A stretch of 60,988 nt of DNA, the filler included, from Nemertoderma westbladi (lineage: Eukaryota > Animalia > Xenacoelomorpha), in the NCBI GenBank assembly GCA_032718475.1. It is 4 parts of 4 records of this genome, joined end to end, with 100 filler letters (N's around TTAATTAATTAA, not from the genome) between each part and the next. Parts side by side here need not be neighbours in the genome. Positions count along the whole stretch, not along the records: positions 1 to 27,194 come from JAUCBJ010002768.1; positions 27,295 to 44,134 come from JAUCBJ010002650.1; 2 more parts are not named here. The stretch is one strand, 5' to 3'. Both the position numbers and the translations under genes were made by a program. Below, piece by piece: positions 26,429 to 38,173 of this stretch. The notes beneath the pieces were generated by a model, which saw nothing but the letters and a program-made list of their open reading frames with translations, had not been told where the DNA came from and made no database searches. Position 1 is the stretch's first letter. Each line of letters starts with the position of its first letter.

Positions 26429-27194
26429 TAGGGATGTGCCGGATTGACAATTTGCAAACCGGCAAAGCCGGAGCCGGAGCCGGATTTGTAAAAAAAATCC
26501 GGCCGGAATTCCGGCTAAAGCCGGATTTTTTTTATATATCACCATAACCATTTGCACCATAACCTACGCCGATTTTATATTTGATATAATGGATTGATTT
26601 GATATTGTTAAATGTTAAATATGAAAATGAAATGAAATAAATAAGTGCAAATTGGAAAAATAGAACGATGTACCGTAATACCCTAATAATATAGCTGTAG
26701 TTTTTTATAATCTCTGAGTTAAATTTGAATTACTAAAGTTTCTAAATTGCCTGTCGAATATATAAACTGGTCATTCACGGCGGTAAGCTTAATCTCAATT
26801 TATAACAATTAATACCTGGACCTAACATCACAGCTTGCGCGCTCTGACAATAAAATAATTATTGACCAGTTTCTAATTAGTATATGGGCACAAGAGTGTA
26901 CTATTATATTAAGTGTTAGTGAGGCTGAGCCCAACCAAATACAAATATTCTTGGCAAAAAGTAGTCAGCCAGCTCAGCAAGTAGAAAGTCATAAAATAAT
27001 AGCTCTGCTTTAGACTTTATCATATTCATAATATTAATAAATATGATAGAAATGAAAAAATTGTATTGTATTCCATTGTATTTGCTTATGTTAAAATTTA
27101 TTTGAATTGAAAAGAAAATTTATTTTGATGTTGTTTTTCGAAAATTTAAATTAATTATAAATTGGTCAACAATTCGCTGAAATTGAAATCCGGC
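26429..27194. mobile_element. hAT-like non-autonomous element, right end lost in the gap
   Basis: Starts TAGGGATGTGCCGG, close to the 9763 TIR, followed by GCCGGA sub-terminal repeats. ATCCGGC reappears just before the gap. Confidence 0.7.
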
Positions 27195-27294
27195 NNNNNN
27201 NNNNNNNNNNNNNNNNNNNNNNNNNNNNNNNNNNNNNNTTAATTAATTAANNNNNNNNNNNNNNNNNNNNNNNNNNNNNNNNNNNNNNNNNNNN
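27195..27294. other. Assembly gap with six-frame-stop linker
   Basis: N-run + TTAATTAATTAA + N-run, 100 bp, identical at all three gaps. Confidence 0.97.
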
Positions 27295-27302
27295 TATTCT
27301 AG

Positions 27303-27956
27303 ATAAATGCAATTATGACTCATGGTGGACACTGGATGAAAATGAACGTGGCGATGATAAACTAGGAAAGAATGATGGAAGAATCCATGGAGCCATTAGA
27401 TATGTACCTGGTCCAGGAGGGATTGAAAACCATGCCATTGATGTCAGACATGGGTATGTCTCTATTGATCATGGGTCTGGTGAATTAACCTCAGAAACAT
27501 TTACAATGTTGATGTTTGTAAAGAGGGGTGGAGGAGGAACTGGACCGATATATGAATTTGGTTCGAGTTCATCAATTGGTTCACATTTCTGGAGTCATGG
27601 TGCAATCACCTCCCTGTGGTACAATCCTATGGTTACTGGTGTTGCAGGTCAAGAAGTTACCAGTGCTGTTGTTCTAGATGAATGGCATATGGTTGCTATC
27701 GGAAGAAGTGAGGTGAATAGGCAGCAGTTTATTTATAGTCGGCGTGTTGGAAGTGATTTCCATATCAGGAGGGAGGTTGAAACGGTGAACACTGAAAGAT
27801 GTCCTGTAGATATGTCTAGTGATCTTAATTTGGGGAAACGTCTTCAAGGTGGACATGCATATCCCGGTTATATTGCCCATGCACGGTATTATAGCTGCTA
27901 CTTATCAGTGGAAGAATTGGAAGAAAGTTATGAGGAACTGCATTCTTTAACAAAAA
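27303..27956 (+). CDS. LamG/pentraxin-like (concanavalin A-like jelly-roll) repeat exon A
   Basis: ttctag|AT AAA TGC ... AAA A|gtaagt, 654 nt, phase 1-1, open. Motifs YDSWWTLD, FTMLMFVK, GPIYEFG, LDEWHMVAI, LNLGKR and YPGYIAHARYYSCYLSVEEL are typical of Laminin_G_3/pentraxin domains. Confidence 0.85.
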
Positions 27957-28349
27957 GTAAGTTAATGGAATATTATACAAGTTCAATTTAATTCAAATTA
28001 TCAACTCAGCCTGTTATTGACTTGATGTCACAACTCACCCACCCCCTGAAATGTACTTGTCTTGCTGTACATGTTACATGGGCAGTTGGCGGTTTCTTGT
28101 ACAATGATACTTTACATTGATACATTACTTGGTAGGGCAGTAGGCTGTAGTGCTATACTTTCAGACATAAAATGCTGCACTGTGTTGTGTAGCGAATGTA
28201 CTGGGATGATACTACATTAGTGTTAGTGGATAGGGCAGGCCTACCTACTTTCCCAGCCCAGCAAGGCCGGAAGTTTATGTTCTACCAGTAGTATGTACCG
28301 TTATAACTTGACCAGTGATGCCTTTAAGTGCCAGTGATGTGCTTTTTCA

Positions 28350-28427
28350 GTAAGATCTATGAACAAATAATTAATTCACAACTACAAGCCTATCTATCGA
28401 AATACGCAATTCTATCTAAATCCCAAT
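28350..28427 (+). pseudogene. Tiny LINE RT fossil
   Basis: Translates to KIYEQIINSQLQAYLSKYAILSKSQ, resembling the segment that precedes the RT QxGF motif. Confidence 0.45.
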
Positions 28428-29360
28428 AATAATATTAATAGAAAACTTTGGTGAATTATGAAGTGAAAAAGGTATAACAAAATTTAGTGTAATAGGACAT
28501 CTTGGACAAAATATTTTTATTATCATTTAGAAAATTAAGAAGTACCTAATGAGATAATTAAAAATTTAGGTTGAGCAGTGGTGACACACCATTGGGTGCC
28601 TTTAGATCACAGGGGGACTTTAGATCCCAATTAAATAGATAATCAACCCAAATACTTTCACCTGTTTTCTACCCAACAAATAAACTAATATCAACATATA
28701 ATTACAAAGATGGCCTTCATATAGTTATAATTTTCTAATAATTTTCTATCATTATTTCTATTTACACCTATAATTTACTCATATTTGGTATAAACATTGA
28801 GCTGCCATTACCGTAATAGTTTTATTTTATTTTCTTTACATTACATTACTTTTACCAGCTTTTTTTAAAGAGCGTTTTTTAACCTTTGCCCTGTTGTAAC
28901 CTTTGACTCTTTGTTGTAACCCTTGAAGTTGAATCATTTGTAAAATGTCATTAACAATCGAACAGAACTACTAAAATCTACTATGACTATCAATATTAAA
29001 TGTTTTACTTAAAAATATGGAATGAAATAATAATAATATAGAAATTACATAGTCCATTTCGTAATACTTGAGGTAAAAATACTTACAAATATAAAAAAAA
29101 TCATTGCAGCTCATTATTTTAAGAGTGTATAGTATAGGGCACACTTTTAAGAAATACTGTTTAGAATATTTTCATTGTGGTTAATCAATATATGTGGATC
29201 GATAATAGAGTAGTAGACAGGACAGAACCCTATATCGATCAATGTGATTAATTATATTACTTTTTTATATAACCAAAGATGAGAAACCATGATTTATCTT
29301 TCCGTATACTGTAGTTTATATAATATGTACTATATAAAGCTATTGGTTACTATATTTTAG

Positions 29361-30023
29361 GTATATGTGCTTATGATTCATGGTGGACAATGGATGATGC
29401 TGATGGCAATAATGATAAGCATGGAACTAATAATGGACAGATACATGGCAATGTAAAATATGGCCCAGGACCAGGAGGTATTGAAAACCAAGCAATGGGT
29501 GTGCAAAAGGGTTTCTTACAGATTCCACATTTTGATGGATTGACATCAGAGACATTCACGGTGGTCATGTTGGTGAAGAGAGGAGGAGGAGCACATGGAC
29601 CGATATATGAGATAGGAACTAGTTCAGCTATTGGTTCACATTTCTGGAGTCATGGTGCAATCACCTCCTTGTGGTACAATCCTATGGTTTCTGGTGTGGC
29701 AGGTCAAGAAGTTATTAATGCTGTTGTTCTAGATGAATGGCATATGGTGGCTATTGGAAGAAGTGAGGTGAATAGACAACAATTCATTTACAGTCGGCGT
29801 GTTGGTAGTAATGATGACATCAGAGCTCGAAAAGAGGTCGAAACCGTGAACACTGCAAAATGTGCAGTAGATATGACTGGTGATCTTACTTTGGGGAAAC
29901 GTCTTCATGGTGGGAATGCCTATCTTGGATATATTGCTCATGCTAGGTTCTATAGCTGCTACCTATCAATAGAAGAACTAGATGCAACTTATGGAGAACT
30001 AATGCAACATGCATTAAATGACG
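29361..30023 (+). CDS. LamG/pentraxin-like repeat exon B
   Basis: ttttag|GT ATA TGT GCT TAT GAT TCA TGG TGG ... GAC G|gttagt, 663 nt, phase 1-1, open, paralog of exon A. Confidence 0.85.
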
Positions 30024-30710
30024 GTTAGTTTTGAACAAACGAACCTGCCCCTCAAACCAGTACCCTGAGTGAGCGAAAATGAAACCACGAAAATTGCCAT
30101 CAACTCAACGATAGAAACACCAGCTGCTGGTAGTCATAAGGGCCTAGTAAGCTACTACTAAAATGTGAAAAAAATGATAGTATATTGGGTGGGTGCGAGA
30201 ATCATTTGAACGGGTGGGTAACACTGAATCCTATATCATAATCTATTGTAAGCCTGCATATCATTCTTAATGCATTAGCTGCATTGGGCTTGTCATTGTG
30301 GATTGCATGGTGGTGGCAAAATATTTTTGTTAAGCCAGCATCTCAATGTGCAGCTTCAATGCAGCATGCCGATTATAGCTTTTTTATTGCAATGAAACCC
30401 ACTACTTTGTAATAAGTACAACTTTTAAAAACCTAAAAGATTAATTGATTCTGTGAGTGATGCTTCAAGCAAGAAAATAAAAGTGTGGCAATGCCAGAGT
30501 GTGTGTAACTCAACTATTTCTAGTGTGCTCAGGGTCTTTCTCTCTTATGAATTTTTAAGTAGAAACTTCACATATAAACCTTGTGTGGGTGTGCACCTAC
30601 TTCGTGCTTAGTCACATTATAGATGCTCTAACAGTACAGTATCTCGGCATTTTCTGCAAAATTACTATGTATTAGTTAAACTTCATTAAAATTGGACATC
30701 TTCATTTTAG

Positions 30711-31391
30711 ATCAATGTGGTTATGACTCCTGGTGGACTTTAAACCCAAATGATGGAGGTAAAGATATGCAAGGAGATCTAACTGGGATCATACATGGAG
30801 CTGTACGCTATGGTCCTGGGCCAGGAGGCAGTGAAAACCATGCAATGGGTACTGCTCATGGATATATATCGATCGCACATGGGCCTGATCAATTAACTTC
30901 TGAGACATTCACAATGGTAATGTTTGTGAAGAGAGGTGGAGGAGGTAGTGGACCAATATATGAATATGGAACCAGCCAAGAGAGAGGTTCACATTTATGG
31001 AGTCACCCCGCAATCACATCCTTATGGTACAATCCTGTGGTTACTGGTGTTGTAGTACAACAAGTTAATAATGCTATTCAGCTTGATGAATGGCACCTGG
31101 TTGCAATCGGAAGAAGTAAGGTTAATTTGCAACAGTTTATTTATAGTCGACGTGTTGGAAGTCTTAATCATATTAGAAGAGAAGTAGAAACCATCAACAC
31201 TGTAAGAAGTCCAGTGGATATGTATGGTGATCTTACTTTGGGGAGATTTGTCAACGGTGGTAATATCTTCCCAGGATACATTGCCCATGCACGGTATTAC
31301 AGCTGCTATCTATCTGTGGAAGAAATTGATTCTATTTATGACGAACTTGTTCATAAAGTATCTGACACCCTAAAAGACCATATGCAAAGAG
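30711..31391 (+). CDS. LamG/pentraxin-like repeat exon C
   Basis: ttttag|AT CAA TGT ... AGA G|gtgagt, 681 nt, phase 1-1, open. Confidence 0.85.
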
Positions 31392-32051
31392 GTGAGTAAT
31401 TTGATTAACAGTGTTTCACTGTATGTATATTCTGTACAAATTACGTATTTCATACTGGGTTCAAATAAAATTAAATGAGAGTTTAAAATAAATATGGAAA
31501 TATAATAATATTATTATACATCATATAAAAACTTTATTATTCAATATTTATATAATTTATGAATTAGAATTTCAGTTGAAATTGTTGAAAATGTTGAAAT
31601 TTCCGAGTCGATACAGCACCTCAACCTCTTTCACAATAGTGTTTAGCAGTGCATGTTTAAATCCGACTAAAGGCTAAAGAAAATTCGCCCTGCTATGTCC
31701 CTAAGTAAGATACTTTAGACATTAGTTAGTGCTTTGCATCAATTTTATTGATCACTAACAATGGAAACCTGGCTAGGGGGGGGGGGGGGGGGGGGGTAAT
31801 GCTCTACCTACACTAGACAATGTGTGTGCTTATCCTCCACAGTCACATTGTAAATGCTTGCTAGTGGGTCATTAATATTGTATCTTTGTGGGGATTACGC
31901 CATCGACTCAATAAACAGTGTTATTTTATGCTCTAAACTGTTTCTGCTGTGTGTAAAACCAAACAGTCGTAATTTACCAGTGCAATTTAGGTTCTTATCT
32001 CCATAAATTTCATCTACATTTCAGCTGGTGTGTATAAATCGGATCCTATTA

Positions 32052-32113
32052 CTACTAGGATCGGCATGCTGCATTGCAGCTGCATTTTCAAGAATGCTGA
32101 GCCGGCTTCTAGA
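32052..32113 (-). mobile_element. ~60-bp extreme 3' fragment of the RTE LINE
   Basis: Matches the RTE 3' end at 46150-46206. Flanked by TSD GGATCCTATTA (32041-32051, 32114-32124). Confidence 0.85.
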
Positions 32114-32224
32114 GGATCCTATTAACTGGATGGTAGGAGATAACAGTGGTGATAAATTAGGCCAAGAACAACCGTAATTTTGGTTTTGTTTTCATTTCAG
32201 ATTTTACCAACCCAATAAAAGTAT

Positions 32225-32440
32225 GAGGCGCCATTGAAGCCAAAAGGTTAAAAACATATTGAGATTACAAAAAAACATTGAGACTACAAAAAAAATATTG
32301 AGATTACAAAAAAAAATATTGAGACTACAAAAAAAATATTGAGAATACAAAAAATATTGGGACTACAATTTTGGCCCAAATTTGCAATTTAATGCCGAAA
32401 TTTTTCCGGCAGATATTTGATTTTTACGGTCGAAATATAC
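32225..32440. mobile_element. MITE end with (AAAAATATTGAGACTAC)n repeats
   Basis: GAGGCGCCATTGAAGCCAAAAGGT resembles the reverse complement of the 52878-52900 terminus. About 6 tandem units follow. Confidence 0.5.
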
Positions 32441-32722
32441 TTTTTAGTGCAGAAATAGTAGTAGTATATAATAGCCTTATCATAATAGTGGTAAGTACTG
32501 TAAAGATCATAACTAAGACTACTGTACTACTAACATAGTCAACCACAATCTGTACCATATCTGAAATATACGTTGAATATCCCTGAATTTTATGAACTGA
32601 CTAATTACTTTAAACTGATTCTGATTTTGATATTGGTTTTTTATTGATATTGTGGAATTCAACGCCTAGTTGCACAGCAAAGCACAAAGCGACAGACCCT
32701 AGCGAAAAAGTAAAGAGAGAAT

Positions 32723-33921
32723 ATGTCCCACTCGCAACCGACTACAGGTGGGGGCCGCCGGTCAAGCATTGCTTCTGACCATCGGCAAAGTTCATCCGGA
32801 TCTATACACACCACCATGCAGAAGAAACGGGAGGTTAAGTCAGCAAAGATAACACCTCCCGCTAACGTTGAAGCTGTTTCGGTACCTTCAAACCAAAGAA
32901 ACGACGGTAGCGAAGAGATAGAAGTTTGCTGCTCGGGTGCGAACTGCGAAATTTCGATGATATGTATCGCCGCGAACGGAACAGACTTTGGCCGAGTTGA
33001 CTTTTATTGTGGTCAATGTGTTGGGCGACGGTTGTCTCGAACATCAAAAGATTTAGAAGATTTGGAGTGTCGCATAGACGATAAACTTCTTGAATTTCAG
33101 CAACAACTTGATGCTGCTGAAGACAAGTCGACCAATATCGAAAAAAGTATAAATGACAACCGACAACTAGTAAATACCAGACTTAAGGAATTGCGAGTTG
33201 AGATTGAGACCAGTGTGGAGGATCTACATGGGAAACTGGACGGACTTTATTCCCCCTCGATCTTAATAGATGATGGCGAATGGAATGAAGTTCCATCCTC
33301 CCGTAAGTCCAAACGCAGCAATAACTCCCACAAACCTTCTAATCTAGCTCTTCTTGCGCGCAGAGTTAAGGGTGAAGAACAGAACAACAGCGTCGTAAAG
33401 ATAATATTGTTGTTAGCGGAACCTCAGTAGAGGACGATGATAACCAGCTTGTGATTGATATTGCCAAATCTATACGCATTGAGTTGGTATCCACGGATAT
33501 ATCCACTAAACGGGTGGGTAAAATTAAAGATAACGGGACGCAAACGATAGTGGTCACCTTATCTCCAAATATGAGAGCAACCTTACTTCGGAAATCACGC
33601 GAGCTGCGTCAATCACAACGCTACAACAACGTATATATATCGCCCGATTACACTTCTTCGGAATCCAATTATCAATACCAACTAAGAGAAGAACGCCGTA
33701 ATCTACAGAAATCACATCCTGATAAACGTTGGGTTATATACAGGAGCGAAGTTATAGATGCTGCTAAACTGAACCATCGTAATGCATCTCCTTATGGAAC
33801 TCAGGGATCTCTACCAGTTCATAAGGAAGTCCCTTCCAGCCACCATCCTAAGACCATCTACAGATCTAAGGCGGCACAGCCATCCGTGACCCCTGTATCG
33901 CCATCCAAACGTGTAGACTGA
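32723..33921 (+). pseudogene. LINE ORF1 (Cys-rich PHD-like region, coiled coil, RRM-like) with one frameshift near 33385
   Basis: CCSGANC...FYCGQC and a coiled coil. After the frame change: RRKDNIVVSG, RVGK, LLRKSRELR, VYISPDYT, typical of CR1/L2 ORF1. Confidence 0.8.
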
Positions 33922-33930
33922 CTATCTGGC

Positions 33931-35134
33931 GAGTCTCCAGAAACTGTCGGGTCTGAGGGAGCAGTCGAGTCTCCAGAGACTGGCGGGTCTGAGGGGGCAG
34001 TCGAGTCTCCAGTGACTATCGGGGCTGAGGGGGCGGTCGAGTCTCCAGAAACTGTCGGGTCTGAGGGAGCGGTCGAGTCTCCAGAGACTGTCGGGTCTCA
34101 GGGGGCGGTCGAGTCTCCAGAGACTATCGGGGCTGAGGGGGCGGTCGAGTCTCCAGAAACTGTCGGGTCTGAGGGAGTGGTCGAGTCTCCAGAGACTGTC
34201 GGGTCTCAGAGGGCAGTCGAGTCCCCAGAAATTGTTGGGTCTGAGGGAGCGGTCGAGTATCCAGAGACTGTCGTGTCTCAGGGGGTGGTCGAGTCTCCAG
34301 AGACTGTCGGATCTGAGGGAGCAGTCGAGTCTCCAGAGACTGTCGGGTCTCAGGGGGCGGTCGAGTCTCCAGAGACTGTCGGGTCTGAGGGGGCGGTCGA
34401 GTCTCCAGAGACTGTCAGGTCTGAGGGGGCAGTCGAGTCCCCAGAAACTGTTGGGTCTGAGGGAGTGGTCGAGTATCCAGAGACTGTCGTGTCTCATGGG
34501 GTGGTCGAGTCTCCAGAGACTGTCGGATCTGAGGGAGTGGTCGAGTCTCCAGAGAATGTCGGGTCTCAGGTGGCGGTCGAGTCTCCAGAGACTGTCGTGT
34601 CTCATGGGGTGGTCGAGTCTCCAGAGACTGTCGTGTCTCATGGGGTGGTCGAGTCTCCAGAGACTGTCGGATCTGAGGGAGCGGTCGAGTTTCCAGAGAA
34701 TGTCGTGTCTCAGGGGGCAGTCGAGTCTCCAGAGACTGTCGGATCTGAGGGAGCGGTCGAGTCTCCAGAGACTGTCGGGTCTCAGGGGGCGGTCGATTCT
34801 CCAGAGCCTGTTGGGTCTGAGGTAGCGGTCGCGTATCCAGAGACTGTCGGGTCTGAGGGAGCGGTCGAGTCTCCAGAAACTGTCGGGTCTCAAGGGGTGG
34901 TCTATTCTCCAGACCCTGTTGGGTCTGAGGGAGCGGTCGCGTATCCAGAGACTGTCGGGTCTCAGGGGGCGGTCGAGTCTCCAGACCCTATCGGGTCTGA
35001 GGGTGCGATCGAGTATCCAGAGACTGTCGGGTCTCAGGGGGCAGTCGAGTCTCCAGACCCTGTTGGATCTGAGGGAGCGGTCGAATCTCCCGAGAATGTC
35101 GGGTCTCAGGTGGCGGTCGAGTCTCCAGAGACTC
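33931..35134 (+). repeat. 36-bp tandem array (~33 units) encoding (VESPETVGSEGA)n between ORF1 and the endonuclease
   Basis: Unit GAGTCTCCAGAGACTGTCGGGTCTGAGGGAGCGGTC. Stop-free in the ORF1/ORF2 frame. Confidence 0.97.
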
Positions 35135-35184
35135 TGCATACTGCATCCCATACCTCACCAGATGTGCCAATTATATCTCATGTT

Positions 35185-38173
35185 ACTGCGAACTTATTGC
35201 TATATAATGCATGTAGTCTACTCAATCTACACAGACGTAAAAGTTTAGCAAATTTAATTTTATTACATAATTATTGTATATTGTTTTACTGAAACGTGGT
35301 TAACGACTGATATCCTAGATAGTGAATTGTTTTTCTCAGGTTATAATTTAGTACGTACCGAGCGCGAAGTGAGTGAGAATGGGGTGTCTTCTCATGGTGG
35401 TGTCCTTATTGCAATAAAATCTGGGATTAACTACACCCCGGAAGAGATCCCGGGTGCTTCTAAAACTCTTGCATCATCTGTTGCGATTTGTAAGTGCAAT
35501 TTTAATGCTTGGCGTTGTTTAATTTTGTGCATATACAACCCCCCTGAAAAGAGCCCATATCGCTTACCCGTTACAGACTTCTTCACACTATTTGAATACA
35601 TACAATCGTGGAGAAGTCGTGTTGACGAAATTATTTTATGTGGAGACACTAATCTGCCACTAATAAATTGGGAATCACATTTTTCAGCTGACGTTTATGA
35701 AAAGTCAATCTTATCTTTTGTTGATAAATACAACCTTAAACAGCACGTAACATTCCCTACTCGCGGTACTAATACCCTTGATGTTTTTATCACACTTACT
35801 GATACTACAGTTCTCAATACGGAAGTTGACAATAATCTTACCAGACAGTTGAATGCATATCAAATCAAATCGGATCATGACCCTGTCGTCTGCTTATTAG
35901 ACCTACGATCTGTGAAGAGCACACAAACACAGCTCGAATATGATTCACATACGATGGTATATTACAGTTTTTGCAAAATCGACGTACTGAAAGCAACTCA
36001 AGTTTGCGCCGCACATCCATTTGTGTTAGAATATCCTATAGTAGATAATGTGGTGGATTATGACTTGATTATTGAAAAGTGGTACAAATGGATATATAAA
36101 GTAATTGACAGTTGTGTACCAAAACGGACCATCCACAGGGCATCTCAACCACCATGGATTTCACAAAAAACATCCCACAAATTAAAACAGCTACATACAG
36201 TACAACGGAAAATCTCTAAATATAAATCACCTGCACTTACATTACAGATGAAATTTGATCAACTCCAAAAAGACATTGAAAGTGACATTATAGAAGATCA
36301 AGCGCAGTATGAGACACGCCTTTCAAACTCGAGATCGATGAAACACTTATTTAAATACTTTAAAAGTCTCCGCAGATCATCACAACTACCACCAGTTTTG
36401 CATTACAGAAATCACATTGCCTCCACGGACATTGAACAAGCTGAGCTTTTTAATGAATTTTTCCAATCTGTCTTTAAAACACCTCGACTACCTACTAGCA
36501 AGGTCTCCCCTCCAATTGATATTGTTGATCCCCCTAACTTCACAACGTCCAGCAACTATGATGTATCGGTAGAGACCGTGGAGAATATTCTGTCCGCTCT
36601 TGATGTTACTAAATCCCGAGGACCAGATAATATTTCGCCTGGGTTTCTTAAATCGTTAGCGAAAGTCCTTGCACCTTCTTTGTCTACAATATTTAAAATA
36701 CTGAAAAAAGTCAACTATTTTCCGATTTTGTGGAAACATGCGTTAGTAAATCCCCAACATAAAAATGGGAGTAAAATTAAAATAATTTTGTACCGTCCGA
36801 TTTCACTTCTCGCAATCCCAGGGAAAGTATTCGAACGGTGTATATTCATTGCGGTATATGAACAGGTGAGGGAGCGACTACACAACGCCCAACATGGCTT
36901 TAGAAAATGTAGATCAACAATTACACAACTTCTTATTTTTTTGGATAATGTATACAAAGGTATGGATGATGGACAGTTGGCGGTGGAGACAGTTTACTTG
37001 GATTTTCAAAAAGCATTTGACTCAGTTAGCCACGAATCCCTACTTAAAAAGTTGTGGAGAATAGGAGTACGAGGAAATCTCTGGTATATTATTCGTAGTT
37101 ATTTATCTGGAAGAACTCAATCTGTAAGGGTTGGCAAGGCGACATCCACCGCTAGAGACGTAGCTAGTGGCATGGCTCAGGGATCTCTCCTGGGCCCCCT
37201 GCTTTTCCTCATCGAGGACAATGACCTCCCAGAAGTCTGTGGTGTCAGCATCCCTTATCTCCTCGCAGATGACTGTAAATTAATGTCGATATCACCGATA
37301 AACGATCCGATAAACACCCAACTCGATATTGATCAACTTGTTACATGGGGTCTGGAAGCCGGGTTAGAATTCAATGAGTCGAAGTGTAAGCAGATAGTAT
37401 TTCGTGGGGATATTGAAGGGCGCAGTATAAACTCAAAATTAATATCGCGCGTTGATAAAGAAAAAGATTTGGGAATAACAATTACGTCTAATTTGTCCTG
37501 GACGGCGCATATCAAGGAGAAATGTAAAAAGGGAAATAATGCATTTCAATTAATCCGAAGAAATTGTGCAGCAACACTTCCTATTCTGGCAAAGTTGAAT
37601 TTGTATAAATCCATGGTGTTACCCATAATTCTATATGGGTCGGCCTGCTGGTATCCAAACAAAACTGATTCCCATCTGGTAGAAAGCATCCAACGCAGAA
37701 GTACAATTTGGATATTAGGCAGTGATGAGTATACATACAAAGAAAGACTATTAAAACTAAATATACTCCCAATATCTTTATACCTCCAATTATGTGACCT
37801 TCTAACACTATCAAAAATAATAAATAATAAATATGACATCGACTGGACGCAGCACGTCAAAGTAAAGACGCACAATCGGGACAGGAATACTCGTAGCACA
37901 AATCACCTTACATTCGATATATCGCAACCACGGAAATGTATTTCGAAGCAAAATTTTTGGTTCCGTGCGCCGCTTCTAGCTAATCAGTTACCATCGCGAA
38001 CTGAATTTTTTAACCATGTTGGACTAAAGGCTCGACTCCTAGACCTATTCTGGCGACACTTCCATAAACGATATGACGTAGATATCAACTGTACATGGAG
38101 ATTAAACTGCGATTGTGTCCAAATGAATTGTAATTTGTGTCTCCCGAATCTTGATGACCTACTCAACCCATAA
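35185..38173 (+). CDS. LINE ORF2: apurinic-like endonuclease + reverse transcriptase (one frameshift near 35285)
   Basis: APE motifs YNACSL, TETWL (shifted frame), HGGVLI, IYNPP, GDTN, TLD and SDH. RT motifs YRPISLL, QHGFR, YLDFQKAFDSV, QGSLLGP, LADD and KDLGI. Confidence 0.93.

Noticed and set aside
27239-27250. TTAATTAATTAA repeated three times in the window
   Set aside because: Always centred in identical 100-bp N blocks, so it is an artificial six-frame-stop gap linker.
25670-27303. Direct ABCA-LamG fusion splice
   Set aside because: The donor is phase 0 and the acceptor phase 1, and an assembly gap lies between them.
33922-35151. 409-aa minus-strand ORF (LRPDSLWRLDRP)n and the +-strand alternative-frame ORFs
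   Set aside because: These are shadow frames of the 36-bp array. Only the frame continuous with ORF1 and the endonuclease has contextual support.
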